Shown here one piece after another: positions 1 through 9,381 of a stretch of DNA of 32,000 bases (position 1 is its first letter; each line of letters starts with the position of its first letter). The notes below the pieces were generated by a model. The model was not told where the DNA came from. It searched no databases and saw only the letters and a list, made by a program, of their open reading frames with translations. The DNA is from Vibrio vulnificus CMCP6 (GTDB lineage: Bacteria > Pseudomonadota > Gammaproteobacteria > Enterobacterales > Vibrionaceae): contig NC_004460.2 of NCBI RefSeq assembly GCF_000039765.1, forward strand, positions 1,800,001 to 1,832,000, read 5' to 3'. Both the position numbers and the translations under genes were made by a program.

Positions 1-482
1 TTGCCAACCTCTTCCGCGGCTCTTTCCAAATCTGGGAAATGGTTTTGATTGGCTTCTTGGTGAGCACGGATTAATAAGTGGGCAAATTGGCGTCCTGTAA
101 TGCCCGTTTGTGACAGCATTTCGGGAATGGCGATTTGTAAAATGTCGTTGGAGAAAAGAAAGCTGGGCTCTAACGCCATCCCATTTAAGCCACCACGATT
201 GCCTTTGTTGGGGGTAATCGCTTCTAGCTCGGGTTCATCGTCGAGAAACCAAGCGGGATCTTTTTGAAAAACTTCAGCAATCACTTCTAGCATATCGATG
301 CTTGGAACGCGTTTTCCCCGTTCGATCATTGATAGGTAGGAAACCGAAGGCGCGTATTCAGGGTTAATACGGATACAGCGCGCAGAAAGGTCTTCCATTG
401 TTAAGTGGTTATTTTTCCGCAAATTTCTAATTTTTGTCCCCAGAAAATGCGATTGGCGAATCAAGCTTTTTGACACAGACAT
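1..482 (-). CDS. XRE-family HTH transcriptional regulator, N-terminal part (gene continues past the left edge)
   Basis: Manual minus-strand translation from the ATG at complement 480-482 gives MSVSKSLIRQSHFLGTKIRNLRKNNHLTMEDLSARCIRINPEYAPSVSYLSMIERGKRVPSIDMLEVIAEVF... This is a Cro/C1-type HTH pattern and the frame is open to position 1. It is absent from the ORF track because it is truncated. Confidence 0.75.
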   Translation of the reverse strand, partial: MSVSKSLIRQSHFLGTKIRNLRKNNHLTMEDLSARCIRINPEYAPSVSYLSMIERGKRVPSIDMLEVIAEVFQKDPAWFLDDEPELEAITPNKGNRGGLNGMALEPSFLFSNDILQIAIPEMLSQTGITGRQFAHLLIRAHQEANQNHFPDLERAAEEVG

Positions 483-484
483 TT

Positions 485-521
485 TGTAAAATTCACACTG
501 TAAAATTTTTGTTGTGAAATT
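485..521. promoter_or_regulatory. Three phased direct repeats TGT(A/G)AAATT (485-493, 499-507, 513-521); candidate operator in the XRE / hypothetical-gene divergent region
   Basis: Read directly from the sequence. The spacing is exactly 14 bp and the first repeat starts 3 nt upstream of the XRE start codon. Confidence 0.35.
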
Positions 522-664
522 GTAGTAAAAAATTCGCTAGTCTACATACTAAGAGAGCAAGGAAAAGAACCTTCAACTTCACAAATTTGCTTGCAACTAA
601 AACGTAAGTTTGAAGTATGTGCTCTAAAACAAAATTGTTGTGTGTTATCCAAGAGGACAAGACG

Positions 665-1237
665 ATGAATATGCTGACATTCGATAAAAATGAAAACCAA
701 CAACAACGCCCATTTATCGCTGAAGCTGTATTTGCCGTCGAAGCGGTAAATTCTAATCAGCAAGATGAAAAACAACAAAAAGCGAAACAGCTTCTCGACA
801 GAATGTTTCCGCTAGAATCTGGCTCACATCAAGACGTAACCAGCTATGTGATCGATTATCGCCACCTGATGGCATATTTTGCAGATGGTTCCCACAGTGG
901 CCTTCAAGCACCCAAACATTTTGTCGCTTTCACCGGTGAGAAAGAAGATCCTTGCTCTATCTTGCTACGCGATGAATCAGGCAGTCACATTGAAGTGATG
1001 CTGGGTTGCCACAAAGGTACAGGAAGTGTGGAACTTGTCGATATCGATGATATTCAATTGGAAACGCGCACGACCTTTAGCCCTGAATTAACGGGTGATG
1101 CACCAACGGCAATGCGTCATTGGATCAGTCTAGTGAAAGGCGATGTGAATGGTAAGCCAATGGCAAGCAGTGAAGATAAAGAATATACCGCGAAAAGTGG
1201 TGAAGATTATGTACTGAGTTACTGCTATAGCATCTAA
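665..1237 (+). CDS. Hypothetical protein, 190 aa from ATG 665 (the ORF-track start at 617 gives 206 aa)
   Basis: Long ORF with AGAGGA 7 nt upstream of ATG 665 and a strong intrinsic terminator behind it. I recognise no family motif. Confidence 0.7.
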   Translation: MNMLTFDKNENQQQRPFIAEAVFAVEAVNSNQQDEKQQKAKQLLDRMFPLESGSHQDVTSYVIDYRHLMAYFADGSHSGLQAPKHFVAFTGEKEDPCSILLRDESGSHIEVMLGCHKGTGSVELVDIDDIQLETRTTFSPELTGDAPTAMRHWISLVKGDVNGKPMASSEDKEYTAKSGEDYVLSYCYSI

Positions 1238-1254
1238 ATAAACACACAACTCAA

Positions 1255-1295
1255 GCCCCGAGCATCTCTGTTGATTCTCGGGGCTTTGTTGTTTG
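1255..1295 (+). terminator. Rho-independent terminator after the hypothetical gene
   Basis: GCCCCGAG (1255-1262) pairs with CTCGGGGC (1277-1284) and is followed by TTTGTTGTTTG. Confidence 0.8.
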
Positions 1296-1396
1296 TGTTG
1301 ACGTTGTTTGTTGGCCGTTATCGCTTTTGAGCGCTCAGCATGCAGTATGCCTTTCTGCGGGGACTCGAAGTCTTCTCGCTGCTTTTTTTGCTGTCT

Positions 1397-2413
1397 TTAC
1401 AGTGGCATTACGCGGTTACGACCAAGTTGCTTCGCTTCATAAAGCAGTTTGTCTGCACGTTCGATCAACGATTCTGCGGTTTCGTCTGGCTTCAACTCGG
1501 CAACACCAAATGAAGCACTGATGTTTTCCACTTGCTGGCCAGAGCGTTTATCTTTGACTTTCAGTTTTTCGATAGTGCGGCGCAGTGACTCAGCGTATTG
1601 ACGAGCAATGCGCAGAGATTTATTAGGCACAATCAACGCAAACTCTTCTCCACCAAATCGATACGCTGCAATGCCTTCACGGCAACTTGTTTGCAGTCGT
1701 TTGGCAATCGCGCGAATCACCGAATCGCCAAACAGGTGGCCATAGTTGTCGTTGAAGGTTTTAAAATGATCGATGTCGAGCAAGATAAGGCTTAGGTTTT
1801 GCTGGGCATTCACGAGTGCCTTGAGATCACTATCGAACGCGCGGCGATTGTAAAGCGTGGATAATCCATCAAAGAGAGCGTCTCTTTGCACTTCCGCTAA
1901 CTGCTCTTTCAAGCGAGAGATTTCGTTGCTCGCGTTATTGAGTTGGCTAGTGAGGAAACGGGTGGAGTGGCGGATCTCGCGTGACTCTGTCACCAGTTCA
2001 CGTATAACGCCCATCACTTCTTCAATGCTCAAGCCTTCATCTTCGACTTTCTCTAACTTGCTGAAATTTTTATCAACGAGGGTCGAAAAAGAGGAAGTGT
2101 CCGCGATGGTATCCGTCATGGAGCTCGCAACCTCGAGCAACAACACTTCAATGTTGCTTCTCAGGTCCTTCATGCTGGTTTCCGCTTTGCTTGCTACGTA
2201 GTTGTTGTAGAGCTGCTCGTTAGTCGCGGGTGGGCAGATACCGTAGTTTTCTAAAACGGTATCCATTTCCTGGTTGAGTTGAGGAATGGTGTTGTCCACG
2301 TAGGTATACCAAAGGGCATAGTTTGCGGGTGTGGCAGCTACGTGATTCTTAATCATCAAAGGTACCGCTTTTTTCAAATTAGCGGTGGATTTCTTAAAGT
2401 CGTCGCTTGTCAT
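1397..2413 (-). CDS. Diguanylate cyclase (GGDEF domain) with an N-terminal helical domain
   Basis: GGEEF active-site motif (RFGGEEFALIV) and LLDIDHFKTFNDNYGH. The ORF-track start at 2443 is a TTG codon. The first ATG is at 2413 (MTSDDFKKSTANLKK...). Confidence 0.9.
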   Translation of the reverse strand: MTSDDFKKSTANLKKAVPLMIKNHVAATPANYALWYTYVDNTIPQLNQEMDTVLENYGICPPATNEQLYNNYVASKAETSMKDLRSNIEVLLLEVASSMTDTIADTSSFSTLVDKNFSKLEKVEDEGLSIEEVMGVIRELVTESREIRHSTRFLTSQLNNASNEISRLKEQLAEVQRDALFDGLSTLYNRRAFDSDLKALVNAQQNLSLILLDIDHFKTFNDNYGHLFGDSVIRAIAKRLQTSCREGIAAYRFGGEEFALIVPNKSLRIARQYAESLRRTIEKLKVKDKRSGQQVENISASFGVAELKPDETAESLIERADKLLYEAKQLGRNRVMPL

Positions 2414-2760
2414 TCTAATTATGCTTTTAACGAGAGCTAACAATCATATAGCTAAGAGTAGCGGAACAATGATTGTAGTGCTTTAATTTTTATCATTTTT
2501 GAGCAGGAATTATTAAAAAAAACCATGCAGCAATCAATATCTTTAATGACTGGTATGCGATCTATTGAATTGTAATTTGAAAGGGAAGTGTTCCGCAGGG
2601 AAGTGAGAAAGATGGTGTTGAAACAACTGCCTTACCTCTCGCGGAACAAATTTTGGGGGAATAAATGTGCAACAGAGTGAATTGCAATGGATGGAACCTT
2701 AAACCAGATAATTTGTAAAATCCAGTTTGAAATCACAGTTTGTAGGTATGAGACGAATTG

Positions 2761-2796
2761 AAAAGAAAATGAGGGACACAAAATGTGCCCCTCATT
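2761..2796 (-). terminator. Rho-independent terminator of msrAB
   Basis: On the minus strand AATGAGGGGCAC is followed by GTGTCCCTCATT (one mismatch) and then TTTTCTTTT. Confidence 0.7.
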
Positions 2797-2822
2797 GGAG
2801 AATAAACAGAAAACCGACCTTG

Positions 2823-3965
2823 TTATTGGAACAGGGTTAAATACTCGCCGTAACCCATTTTCTCCATTTGAGCCACAGGAATGAATTTCATGGCCGCTGA
2901 ATTCATACAATAACGCAATCCGGTTGGTGCGGGTCCATCGTCAAAGACATGGCCTAAGTGCGAATCCGCAAACTTGCTTCGCACTTCTGTGCGTGGGTAA
3001 AGCAGTTTGTAGTCGGTTTTGGTGACAATGTAAGCCGAGCTAATCGGTTTGGTAAAACTTGGCCAACCTGTACCGGATTTATACTTGTCCGTTGAAGAAA
3101 AGAGTGGCTCACCAGAGACAATATCGACATAGATACCCGCCTCTTTGTTATCCCAATATTCGTTGTTAAAGGGTCTTTCAGTGCCTTCTTTCTGTGTGAC
3201 GTAATATTGTAAATCTGTTAGTTGTGCTTTGATCTCTTTGTCTGATGGGCGCGAGTAGGTTTTGGCGTTTTTCGTCAGTGCCTTCTCATCAATCAACTGA
3301 CGCAGTGTTTTGGGTTGCTCAATGCGATCATCACCAAAGACTTTATCGAGATACTGGTCACGACCAGAGGCGTGGCGGTAATACTTGTATTTCAAGCTAC
3401 TTTTTTTGTAGTAGTCCTGATGGTATTGCTCCGCGGGATAAAACGCTGTGTACTCAATCAATTCCGTTTTAATTGGTTTTGGGTAGATCTTCGCCTCATC
3501 GACTTCTTTAAGAAACCGCTCCGCAATCTGTTTTTGCTCGGCAGTATGATAAAAAATAGCGGGGCGATATTGTGGACCTCGATCGACAAATGAGCCTTTA
3601 TCGTCGGTAGGGTCAATATGGCGTAGGAAGTAATCTAACACCGCTTCATAGCTGACAACGTTGGGATCGTAGCGGAATTGAATTACTTCAATGTGACCCG
3701 TTTTACCCGAGGAGACTTGTCGATAAGTCGGATTCGCCATCTCGCCACCCGAATAACCAGACACCACATCATACACCCCATTCAGTTTTTCAAGGTCTGA
3801 TTCAGTACACCAGAAACAACCACCAGCTAACGTTGCTACTGGCAAGGATGCCAAGTTTGGTGCGGTTTTGTCCATGGTATCGGCAACGCCGACTTTGGCG
3901 AGCAGAGTGAACATAAGTGGCAGCGCAATGGCTGCGGAAATGAGTAATTTGCTGAGTTTTTTCAT
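2823..3965 (-). CDS. msrAB: Secreted bifunctional methionine sulfoxide reductase (MsrA-MsrB fusion)
   Basis: MsrA motif GGCFWC and MsrB motif [11 protein letters not shown] are both present. The start was chosen at [23 protein letters not shown] (signal peptide) because GAGG lies 5 nt upstream. The ORF track extends to 4004. Confidence 0.9.
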   Translation of the reverse strand: MKKLSKLLISAAIALPLMFTLLAKVGVADTMDKTAPNLASLPVATLAGGCFWCTESDLEKLNGVYDVVSGYSGGEMANPTYRQVSSGKTGHIEVIQFRYDPNVVSYEAVLDYFLRHIDPTDDKGSFVDRGPQYRPAIFYHTAEQKQIAERFLKEVDEAKIYPKPIKTELIEYTAFYPAEQYHQDYYKKSSLKYKYYRHASGRDQYLDKVFGDDRIEQPKTLRQLIDEKALTKNAKTYSRPSDKEIKAQLTDLQYYVTQKEGTERPFNNEYWDNKEAGIYVDIVSGEPLFSSTDKYKSGTGWPSFTKPISSAYIVTKTDYKLLYPRTEVRSKFADSHLGHVFDDGPAPTGLRYCMNSAAMKFIPVAQMEKMGYGEYLTLFQ

Positions 3966-4094
3966 TACTACCTCAATGGAACTTATTGAGAACATACGTA
4001 ACAAGAAAGGCCAAAGGACAAAAAAATTTCCTAGAAATGCAATTTTCCGTTGCTATCCGGTTTTAGCTGGCTAGAGTAGAGCCACTAATGGTCA

Positions 4095-4511
4095 ATGTTG
4101 AGAATAGAAGCCATGCAAGCAGAAGTTAAGTGGGTAGAAGATTTTAAATTTTTGGGTACCTCGCAGTCAGGACATTCCGTTGTTATGGACGGAAATGGTG
4201 GTGCAACGGCGCCAAGCCCTATGGAAATGGTGCTAATGGCTGCGGGTGGTTGTAGCTCTGTTGATGTGGTAGACGGCCTGAAGACGGCAGGTCAAAAAGT
4301 GAGTTCTGTGAACGCAAAACTGACCACTGAACGTCGTGAAACCGCTCCACGTATTTTTACCGCAGTGAACATCCATTTCGTCGTTTCGGGTGAACAGCTT
4401 GATGAAGCGATCGTGGCAAAAGTGACGGCGGATTCTCTCGAAAAATATTGTTCTGTGTGCTTGATGCTCGGTGCCGGTGTCGAAATGAGCCACAGCTGGG
4501 AAATCGTTTAA
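4095..4511 (+). CDS. OsmC/Ohr-family peroxiredoxin-like protein
   Basis: About 135 aa with the two-Cys pattern (AAGGCSSVDV ... KYCSVCLML) typical of the OsmC family. An alternative start is ATG 4113 (MQAEVKW...). Confidence 0.8.
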   Translation: MLRIEAMQAEVKWVEDFKFLGTSQSGHSVVMDGNGGATAPSPMEMVLMAAGGCSSVDVVDGLKTAGQKVSSVNAKLTTERRETAPRIFTAVNIHFVVSGEQLDEAIVAKVTADSLEKYCSVCLMLGAGVEMSHSWEIV

Positions 4512-4544
4512 ATCCAAACGACCCAAATAACTCGTTAAAGCGGA

Positions 4545-4579
4545 AGAGAAAAGTGAAGGCTTTTCTCTTTTTTCTTTTT
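4545..4579 (+). terminator. Rho-independent terminator after the osmC-like gene
   Basis: AGAGAAAA (4545-4552) pairs with TTTTCTCT (4561-4568), followed by a T-rich tail. Confidence 0.7.
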
Positions 4580-4634
4580 GACTTCTGGTTAGGATGGATG
4601 AGTATTTTTCGTCACTTAGGATGAGGTGTATCCG

Positions 4635-5183
4635 ATGACTGAATTTGAAAAAATGAATTCCGGGCAAATCTTTGATGGCGCGGATGCGGAAATTGATGCG
4701 ATTCGCAATCGTGCTGCGGTGTTATTGAAAGAGATCAACGCAGCAACGGAAACAGAACAACGCATCGCACTGCAAAAACAGCTCTTTGCCAGCATGGGCA
4801 ACAGTTATATCCAGCCACCATTTATGTGTGAATTTGGCAAAACCATCTCTATTGGTGAGGAAACGTTCATCAACATGAATGTTGTGATGCTGGATGGGGC
4901 GCACATTACGATCGGCAGCCACGTGTTAATTGGCCCGAGTTGCCAGTTTTATACCGCTTCTCATTCCCTTGATTACCGAAGCCGCCGCCAGTGGGAAACC
5001 TTCTGCAAACCGATTGTTGTAGAAGATGATGTTTGGATTGGTGGAAATTGCGTTATCAATCAGGGGGTCACTATTGGAGCTCGTTCTGTCATCGCTGCAA
5101 ATTCGGTCGTCAATCATGATGTCCCACCAGACTGCTTGTATGGGGGCACCCCAGCGAAACTGATTCGACGGTTAGACAAGTAG
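4635..5183 (+). CDS. maa: Maltose/galactoside O-acetyltransferase (hexapeptide-repeat family)
   Basis: MTEFEKMNSGQIFDGADAEIDAIR... plus left-handed beta-helix repeats (VWIGGNCVINQGVTIGARSVIAANSVV). GAGG lies 7 nt upstream of ATG 4635. The track start at 4626 is a GTG. Confidence 0.85.
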   Translation: MTEFEKMNSGQIFDGADAEIDAIRNRAAVLLKEINAATETEQRIALQKQLFASMGNSYIQPPFMCEFGKTISIGEETFINMNVVMLDGAHITIGSHVLIGPSCQFYTASHSLDYRSRRQWETFCKPIVVEDDVWIGGNCVINQGVTIGARSVIAANSVVNHDVPPDCLYGGTPAKLIRRLDK

Positions 5184-5240
5184 CGCGAACAGTTTGCTAA
5201 GGACTTTGATACGGAAAACGCTCATGCTGCTTGTTCGCTA

Positions 5241-5927
5241 TCAATCCGTTGGTTCGTATGGCGCTAGATAATGCTTGAGCGATTTGCTTGCGGTTGTTTC
5301 AAACTCTTCATCGTGCATACGTATTGCTTGGATTCGGTCTAGGCGAAACTGACGGTAATCTTGGCGAAGTTCGCACCAGGCGACCAGTGTCCAAACCTTG
5401 CCCCAGAAGAACTGTCCAAGAGGTTGGATTTTACGTTCAGTGGTTTGGCCGTTTTCATCTTGATAATCGAGGCTGACTTTAAAGTGATGTTCAATCGCGT
5501 GTCGCAGCAGTTGCCCGCGCTTTGCGGTTTCTGAATGGGTATGAAACTCCGGCACAATGAGAGGAAAATCTTCCACTTGCTGTTTGAGCTTATCCGGCAG
5601 GACCGAAAGAATCTTGATGGAAGCGGAGCGCGACGCGTCGGCCAATTCTGCATCTGACCAAGCTCGTACCATTCGCATACCAAGTTCCAGTGCCATCATC
5701 TCTTTTTCAGTAAACATCAGCGGTGGCAGGTGAGAACCACTTTGGAGTAAGTAGCCAACGCCCGCTTCTCCTTGAATGGGAACACCAGAGTGAATCAGTG
5801 ACTGAATGTCACGATAAATCGTCCGCTCGCTCACTTCCATTGTTTCGGCAAGTTGCTTGGCGGTGACTGCGTAACGCTTTGAGCGTAATAGGGTGAGCAG
5901 TTCAAATAGTCGTTCCGATTTACTCAT
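5241..5927 (-). CDS. YafY-family transcriptional regulator (HTH + WYL domain)
   Basis: N-terminal RLFELLTLLRSKRYAVTAKQLAETMEVSERTIYRDIQSL and a C-terminal WYL-type segment (VWTLVAWCELRQDYRQFRLDRI). Confidence 0.85.
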   Translation of the reverse strand: MSKSERLFELLTLLRSKRYAVTAKQLAETMEVSERTIYRDIQSLIHSGVPIQGEAGVGYLLQSGSHLPPLMFTEKEMMALELGMRMVRAWSDAELADASRSASIKILSVLPDKLKQQVEDFPLIVPEFHTHSETAKRGQLLRHAIEHHFKVSLDYQDENGQTTERKIQPLGQFFWGKVWTLVAWCELRQDYRQFRLDRIQAIRMHDEEFETTASKSLKHYLAPYEPTD

Positions 5928-5971
5928 GGTGTTCCTAAATTAAACAAGCTGGGTTAAGTGATGCTGGTCGA

Positions 5972-6286
5972 TTACTGAGTGCTGCATGAACTCATTTTGA
6001 TCAACTGATGCTGCATCACTAATGATGGCTGTTCGATCAATCCCATCAATGGTTGGCAATCAGGGCAAGCCATAAATTGTTCACCGGCATTCTTGGCATC
6101 GTCCATTGTTTGCCAGTAAACAATGTCTGTCCAACGATTCGTGGTGCTGTCGTGACTTAGCGAGCGATAAAGAAAACCGGGCAGAGTGGCGATAAACCGA
6201 TGGCTTTGTTCTGTCGCTGTAACGATGTCCTGCTCTGTTGCCCCTTCCACTAACGTGTAGCTTACTAACTCGATAACTTGTTCCAT
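5972..6286 (-). CDS. Small dimeric alpha/beta-barrel (ABM-like) protein
   Basis: A 104-aa ORF with clean coding appearance. The pattern resembles antibiotic-biosynthesis-monooxygenase-like domains. The family call is tentative. Confidence 0.55.
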   Translation of the reverse strand: MEQVIELVSYTLVEGATEQDIVTATEQSHRFIATLPGFLYRSLSHDSTTNRWTDIVYWQTMDDAKNAGEQFMACPDCQPLMGLIEQPSLVMQHQLIKMSSCSTQ

Positions 6287-6338
6287 GAGAGATTCTCCTG
6301 TTGTGTGATAGTCGAACTCACATTACCTCTCTTCGCTG

Positions 6339-7262
6339 TCAGAACGTGTCAGTAGCCGAATCCCAGTACGGTGCATCACTGCCCAGCTTTTCGTTGAGGA
6401 AGTCGATAAACATCCTAACTTTCAATGGCATGTGTTTGCGTTCTGGAAAAACAGCGTAGAGAAAATGTTGTGGCAACTGATACTCTGGCATGAGGGTGAC
6501 GAGTTTTCTGTCACGTAACTCTTTGCCGATGATAAATGTCGGCATTTGCGCAATGCCAATGCCGGCAAGCAGTGCTCTTCGGATGGCTTCACTGTTGTTG
6601 ACGATAAAATTGCCCTTAGGCAGAACTTTATATTCGTTACCTTGATTGAGAAAAAGCCACTCGTTACCACCGCGAAAATAGCTGTAGCGCAAGCAATTGT
6701 GCTGAGCGAGATCGGCAGGTTTGCTCGGTGAACCCATGCGAGAAACATAGTCTGGCGAGGCACACAACACGGTGCGGCATGGCGCTAGACGCTTTGCGAT
6801 AAGGTTCGAATCAGGAAGGTGACCAATACGAATGCCGAGATCAAAGCGGCCAGCCACGAGGTCGACCATCTGATCTTCCAACTGCAAATCGACTTCGACC
6901 TTAGGATAACGGCTCAAAAATTCACTGATCAGCGGGGCAACATGAAGCACACCAAAAGTCATCGGGGCGGTGATTTTAAGTCTTCCTCGTGGTTCACCTT
7001 GCAGTTCGGTAACGGCATCAACCCCTTGTCTGGCCAGATTGAGTGCTTGCGCCGCGTACTCGTAGTAACGTTCTCCCGCCTCCGTTAAGCTCAGCTTTCG
7101 AGTGGTACGATTCAACAAGCGGCTACCGAGTTTATCTTCGAGATGATTGATGCGTTTACTAACGGCGGATTTGGTTAAATGGAGCTGTTTGGCAGCAGAG
7201 GAAAAGCTACCGCATTCAACAACCGAGACAAAAATCGGCAAATCGGAGAATTGGCTATGCAT
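6339..7262 (-). CDS. LysR-family transcriptional regulator
   Basis: N-terminal HTH (VVECGSFSSAAKQLHLTKSAVSKRINHLEDKLGSRLLNRTTR) followed by a LysR substrate-binding domain. Confidence 0.9.
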   Translation of the reverse strand: MHSQFSDLPIFVSVVECGSFSSAAKQLHLTKSAVSKRINHLEDKLGSRLLNRTTRKLSLTEAGERYYEYAAQALNLARQGVDAVTELQGEPRGRLKITAPMTFGVLHVAPLISEFLSRYPKVEVDLQLEDQMVDLVAGRFDLGIRIGHLPDSNLIAKRLAPCRTVLCASPDYVSRMGSPSKPADLAQHNCLRYSYFRGGNEWLFLNQGNEYKVLPKGNFIVNNSEAIRRALLAGIGIAQMPTFIIGKELRDRKLVTLMPEYQLPQHFLYAVFPERKHMPLKVRMFIDFLNEKLGSDAPYWDSATDTF

Positions 7263-7387
7263 AGGGCTCGTGATGAAAATGAGATTGTTGCCACTAAGGA
7301 TACAATGTTTTTCTCTTTGTGGTGATTATCTTAAATAGAAAAACAATCTAAACTAGCGAAAAATGAGTTGGTTGTGGAAGTAAAACA

Positions 7388-8062
7388 ATGAAATACGAAT
7401 GGATCTGGTTTGATGCAGACGAAACCCTTTTTCACTTTGATGCCTTTAAAGGCATGCAATTGATGTTTGCCCGTAAAGGGGTGGATTTCACGCAAGAGGA
7501 CTTTCAAGAGTATCAAACCGTCAACAAGCCACTTTGGGTAGACTACCAAGATGGCAAGATCACCGCAGAAGAGATCAAGCATCGACGTTTTGCTGATTGG
7601 GCGAAAAGACTCGACACCACGACTTTAGAGCTTAACTCTGCGTTTCTCGATGCCATGGCCGATATTTGTACTTTGCTGCCAGGTGCGCGAGAACTAATGG
7701 AAGCACTGCACGGCAAAGTGAAGATGGGCATCATTACCAATGGTTTTACTGAATTGCAGGCAGTACGTTTAGAGCGCACCGGAATGAGCGCCTATTTCGA
7801 CAAAGTGGTGATCTCAGAACAGGTGGGCGTTGCCAAACCGGATCTCGCCATTTTTGACCACGCGCTGCAAGTGGCAGGATTACCATGCAAAAGCAAAATT
7901 CTGATGGTGGGCGACAACCTTCACTCTGACATTCTCGGCGGGCTGAATTTTGGTATTGAAACCTGTTGGTTGCAACATCCAGGTAGTCAGCCTGATGTAA
8001 AGATTGCTCCTCACTACACCGTGACGTCACTGTCAGAGCTGAAGGCCATTCTTCAAGCGTAA
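7388..8062 (+). CDS. yjjG: HAD-family pyrimidine 5'-nucleotidase, YjjG-like
   Basis: [18 protein letters not shown]..., [12 protein letters not shown] and [18 protein letters not shown] closely parallel the E. coli YjjG sequence as I recall it. Confidence 0.85.
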   Translation: MKYEWIWFDADETLFHFDAFKGMQLMFARKGVDFTQEDFQEYQTVNKPLWVDYQDGKITAEEIKHRRFADWAKRLDTTTLELNSAFLDAMADICTLLPGARELMEALHGKVKMGIITNGFTELQAVRLERTGMSAYFDKVVISEQVGVAKPDLAIFDHALQVAGLPCKSKILMVGDNLHSDILGGLNFGIETCWLQHPGSQPDVKIAPHYTVTSLSELKAILQA

Positions 8063-8064
8063 GA

Positions 8065-8979
8065 TCAAGCTTCTTTCCGAGCTTTACCGGGGCTAATAAG
8101 AAACGCTTTCTTAAAGGCCCTTGAAAAAGCCGCTTCCGAGCGATAACCCACCGATTCGGCGACTAAAGCTATGCTGTCTCCAGCCTTAATTTGGCTCCAT
8201 GCAAGCTGCATGCGCCACCAGGTCAAATACTCGATGACCGTTGAACCACTGATCTGACGAAACGTGTTCGCGAGTGCGCTGCGCGACATAGCGCAGTGCT
8301 TGGCGAGAGATTCTAATGTCCAGTCATGCTGTGGCTGTTGATGAACCGCAGAAATGACATGACGCAGCTTGGGGTGGGCGTACAAAGAGAGCAGCCCCAC
8401 TTGTTCGGGATGCGAGTACAAGTAAGCCCTTAACGCGTTGATAAACAGCAGTTCGGCAAGCCTGCCGATGATCACATCCGACCCAGTCCCGTCTTGATAA
8501 CTTTCAGCAAGAATCATCGACATGATTGGTGTCAGCCATTTTTCACTTTCTTCTGCTTTGATGACGAAAACACAAGGCAAGGCTTGCAAAATGCCATGAA
8601 TGCCAATGTGTTGAAACTCGACTTTAGCGCACAATAATCCGGTGGCGTTTGGATCTTGGCATTGCGCATAGCTGAGATGCTGCTGCTCGCCACTCAATGG
8701 CGTAATGGGGGCGAGGCTATGGTTGAGCTCTTTGGGGAAAATGACCAAGTCACCTGTGTTCAAGGTTTCTTGCATTACGTCAGGAACATCTAAACGACAG
8801 TCGCCTTTGGTCACCATATGGAAACTGGTGTGGGTGGCTTCGTCTTTGTTTATTACCCAGTTTCCACACACTTGGGCATTGTGATACACCTCAACGTCCA
8901 ACCGCATATGTTGAATTAAATGAGAAAAGGGCTCCAAATTGTACTCCTGAGCATAATTTGTGGACGAGAAAGCATTCAT
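8065..8979 (-). CDS. AraC-family transcriptional regulator with an N-terminal cupin-type domain
   Basis: C-terminal dual HTH (SRSALANTFRQISGSTVIEYLTWWRMQLA ... VGYRSEAAFSRAFKKAF). The track start at 8991 is a TTG. The first ATG is at 8979. Confidence 0.85.
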   Translation of the reverse strand: MNAFSSTNYAQEYNLEPFSHLIQHMRLDVEVYHNAQVCGNWVINKDEATHTSFHMVTKGDCRLDVPDVMQETLNTGDLVIFPKELNHSLAPITPLSGEQQHLSYAQCQDPNATGLLCAKVEFQHIGIHGILQALPCVFVIKAEESEKWLTPIMSMILAESYQDGTGSDVIIGRLAELLFINALRAYLYSHPEQVGLLSLYAHPKLRHVISAVHQQPQHDWTLESLAKHCAMSRSALANTFRQISGSTVIEYLTWWRMQLAWSQIKAGDSIALVAESVGYRSEAAFSRAFKKAFLISPGKARKEA

Positions 8980-9104
8980 CGTACAGAACAATTCCTTTAC
9001 TGTTAACCCCGTTAAAACGAATTATTCCTGCATTTGCTGGTGGTAACTCCAAGGCAATCACACAAATTAAAGCACGATAAAACAACAGGGAGCTGACCTT
9101 TGCC

Positions 9105-9377
9105 ATGCCAACTTCAGAATTGAAATCGACAAGCAGAAAAACAACGTTGAGTGACTTTATCTCGACCGCGAAAACCCCTTCAATTTTGAAACGCTCCATC
9201 AAGGTGGCGGCGATTGTCGGTACGGTACTGATGATGATCAATCACGGTGATGCATTGTTTGCGGGTCAGGTCGAAAGTGAGCGTGTGCTAAAAATTTTGC
9301 TGACTTATATGGTGCCATTTTGTGTTTCTACCCAAGCCAGCGTGAGTGCAACATTGGCCATGCGAAAGAGTACGTAA
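9105..9377 (+). CDS. Small two-TM membrane protein, NrtS-like (nitrate/nitrite transporter NrtS family pattern)
   Basis: KRSIKVAAIVGTVLMMINHGDALFAG ... LTYMVPFCVSTQASVSA matches the family pattern as I recall it. It lies 4 nt upstream of the MCP gene. Confidence 0.6.
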   Translation: MPTSELKSTSRKTTLSDFISTAKTPSILKRSIKVAAIVGTVLMMINHGDALFAGQVESERVLKILLTYMVPFCVSTQASVSATLAMRKST

Positions 9378-9381
9378 CTGA

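Noticed and set aside
513-521. The identical 9-mer TGTGAAATT appears in the XRE-region repeats (513-521) and in the 29-kb palindrome (29048-29056), which could indicate a shared regulator.
   Set aside because: A single AT-rich 9-mer match across 64 kb of two-stranded sequence is close to chance expectation, and there is no supporting evidence.
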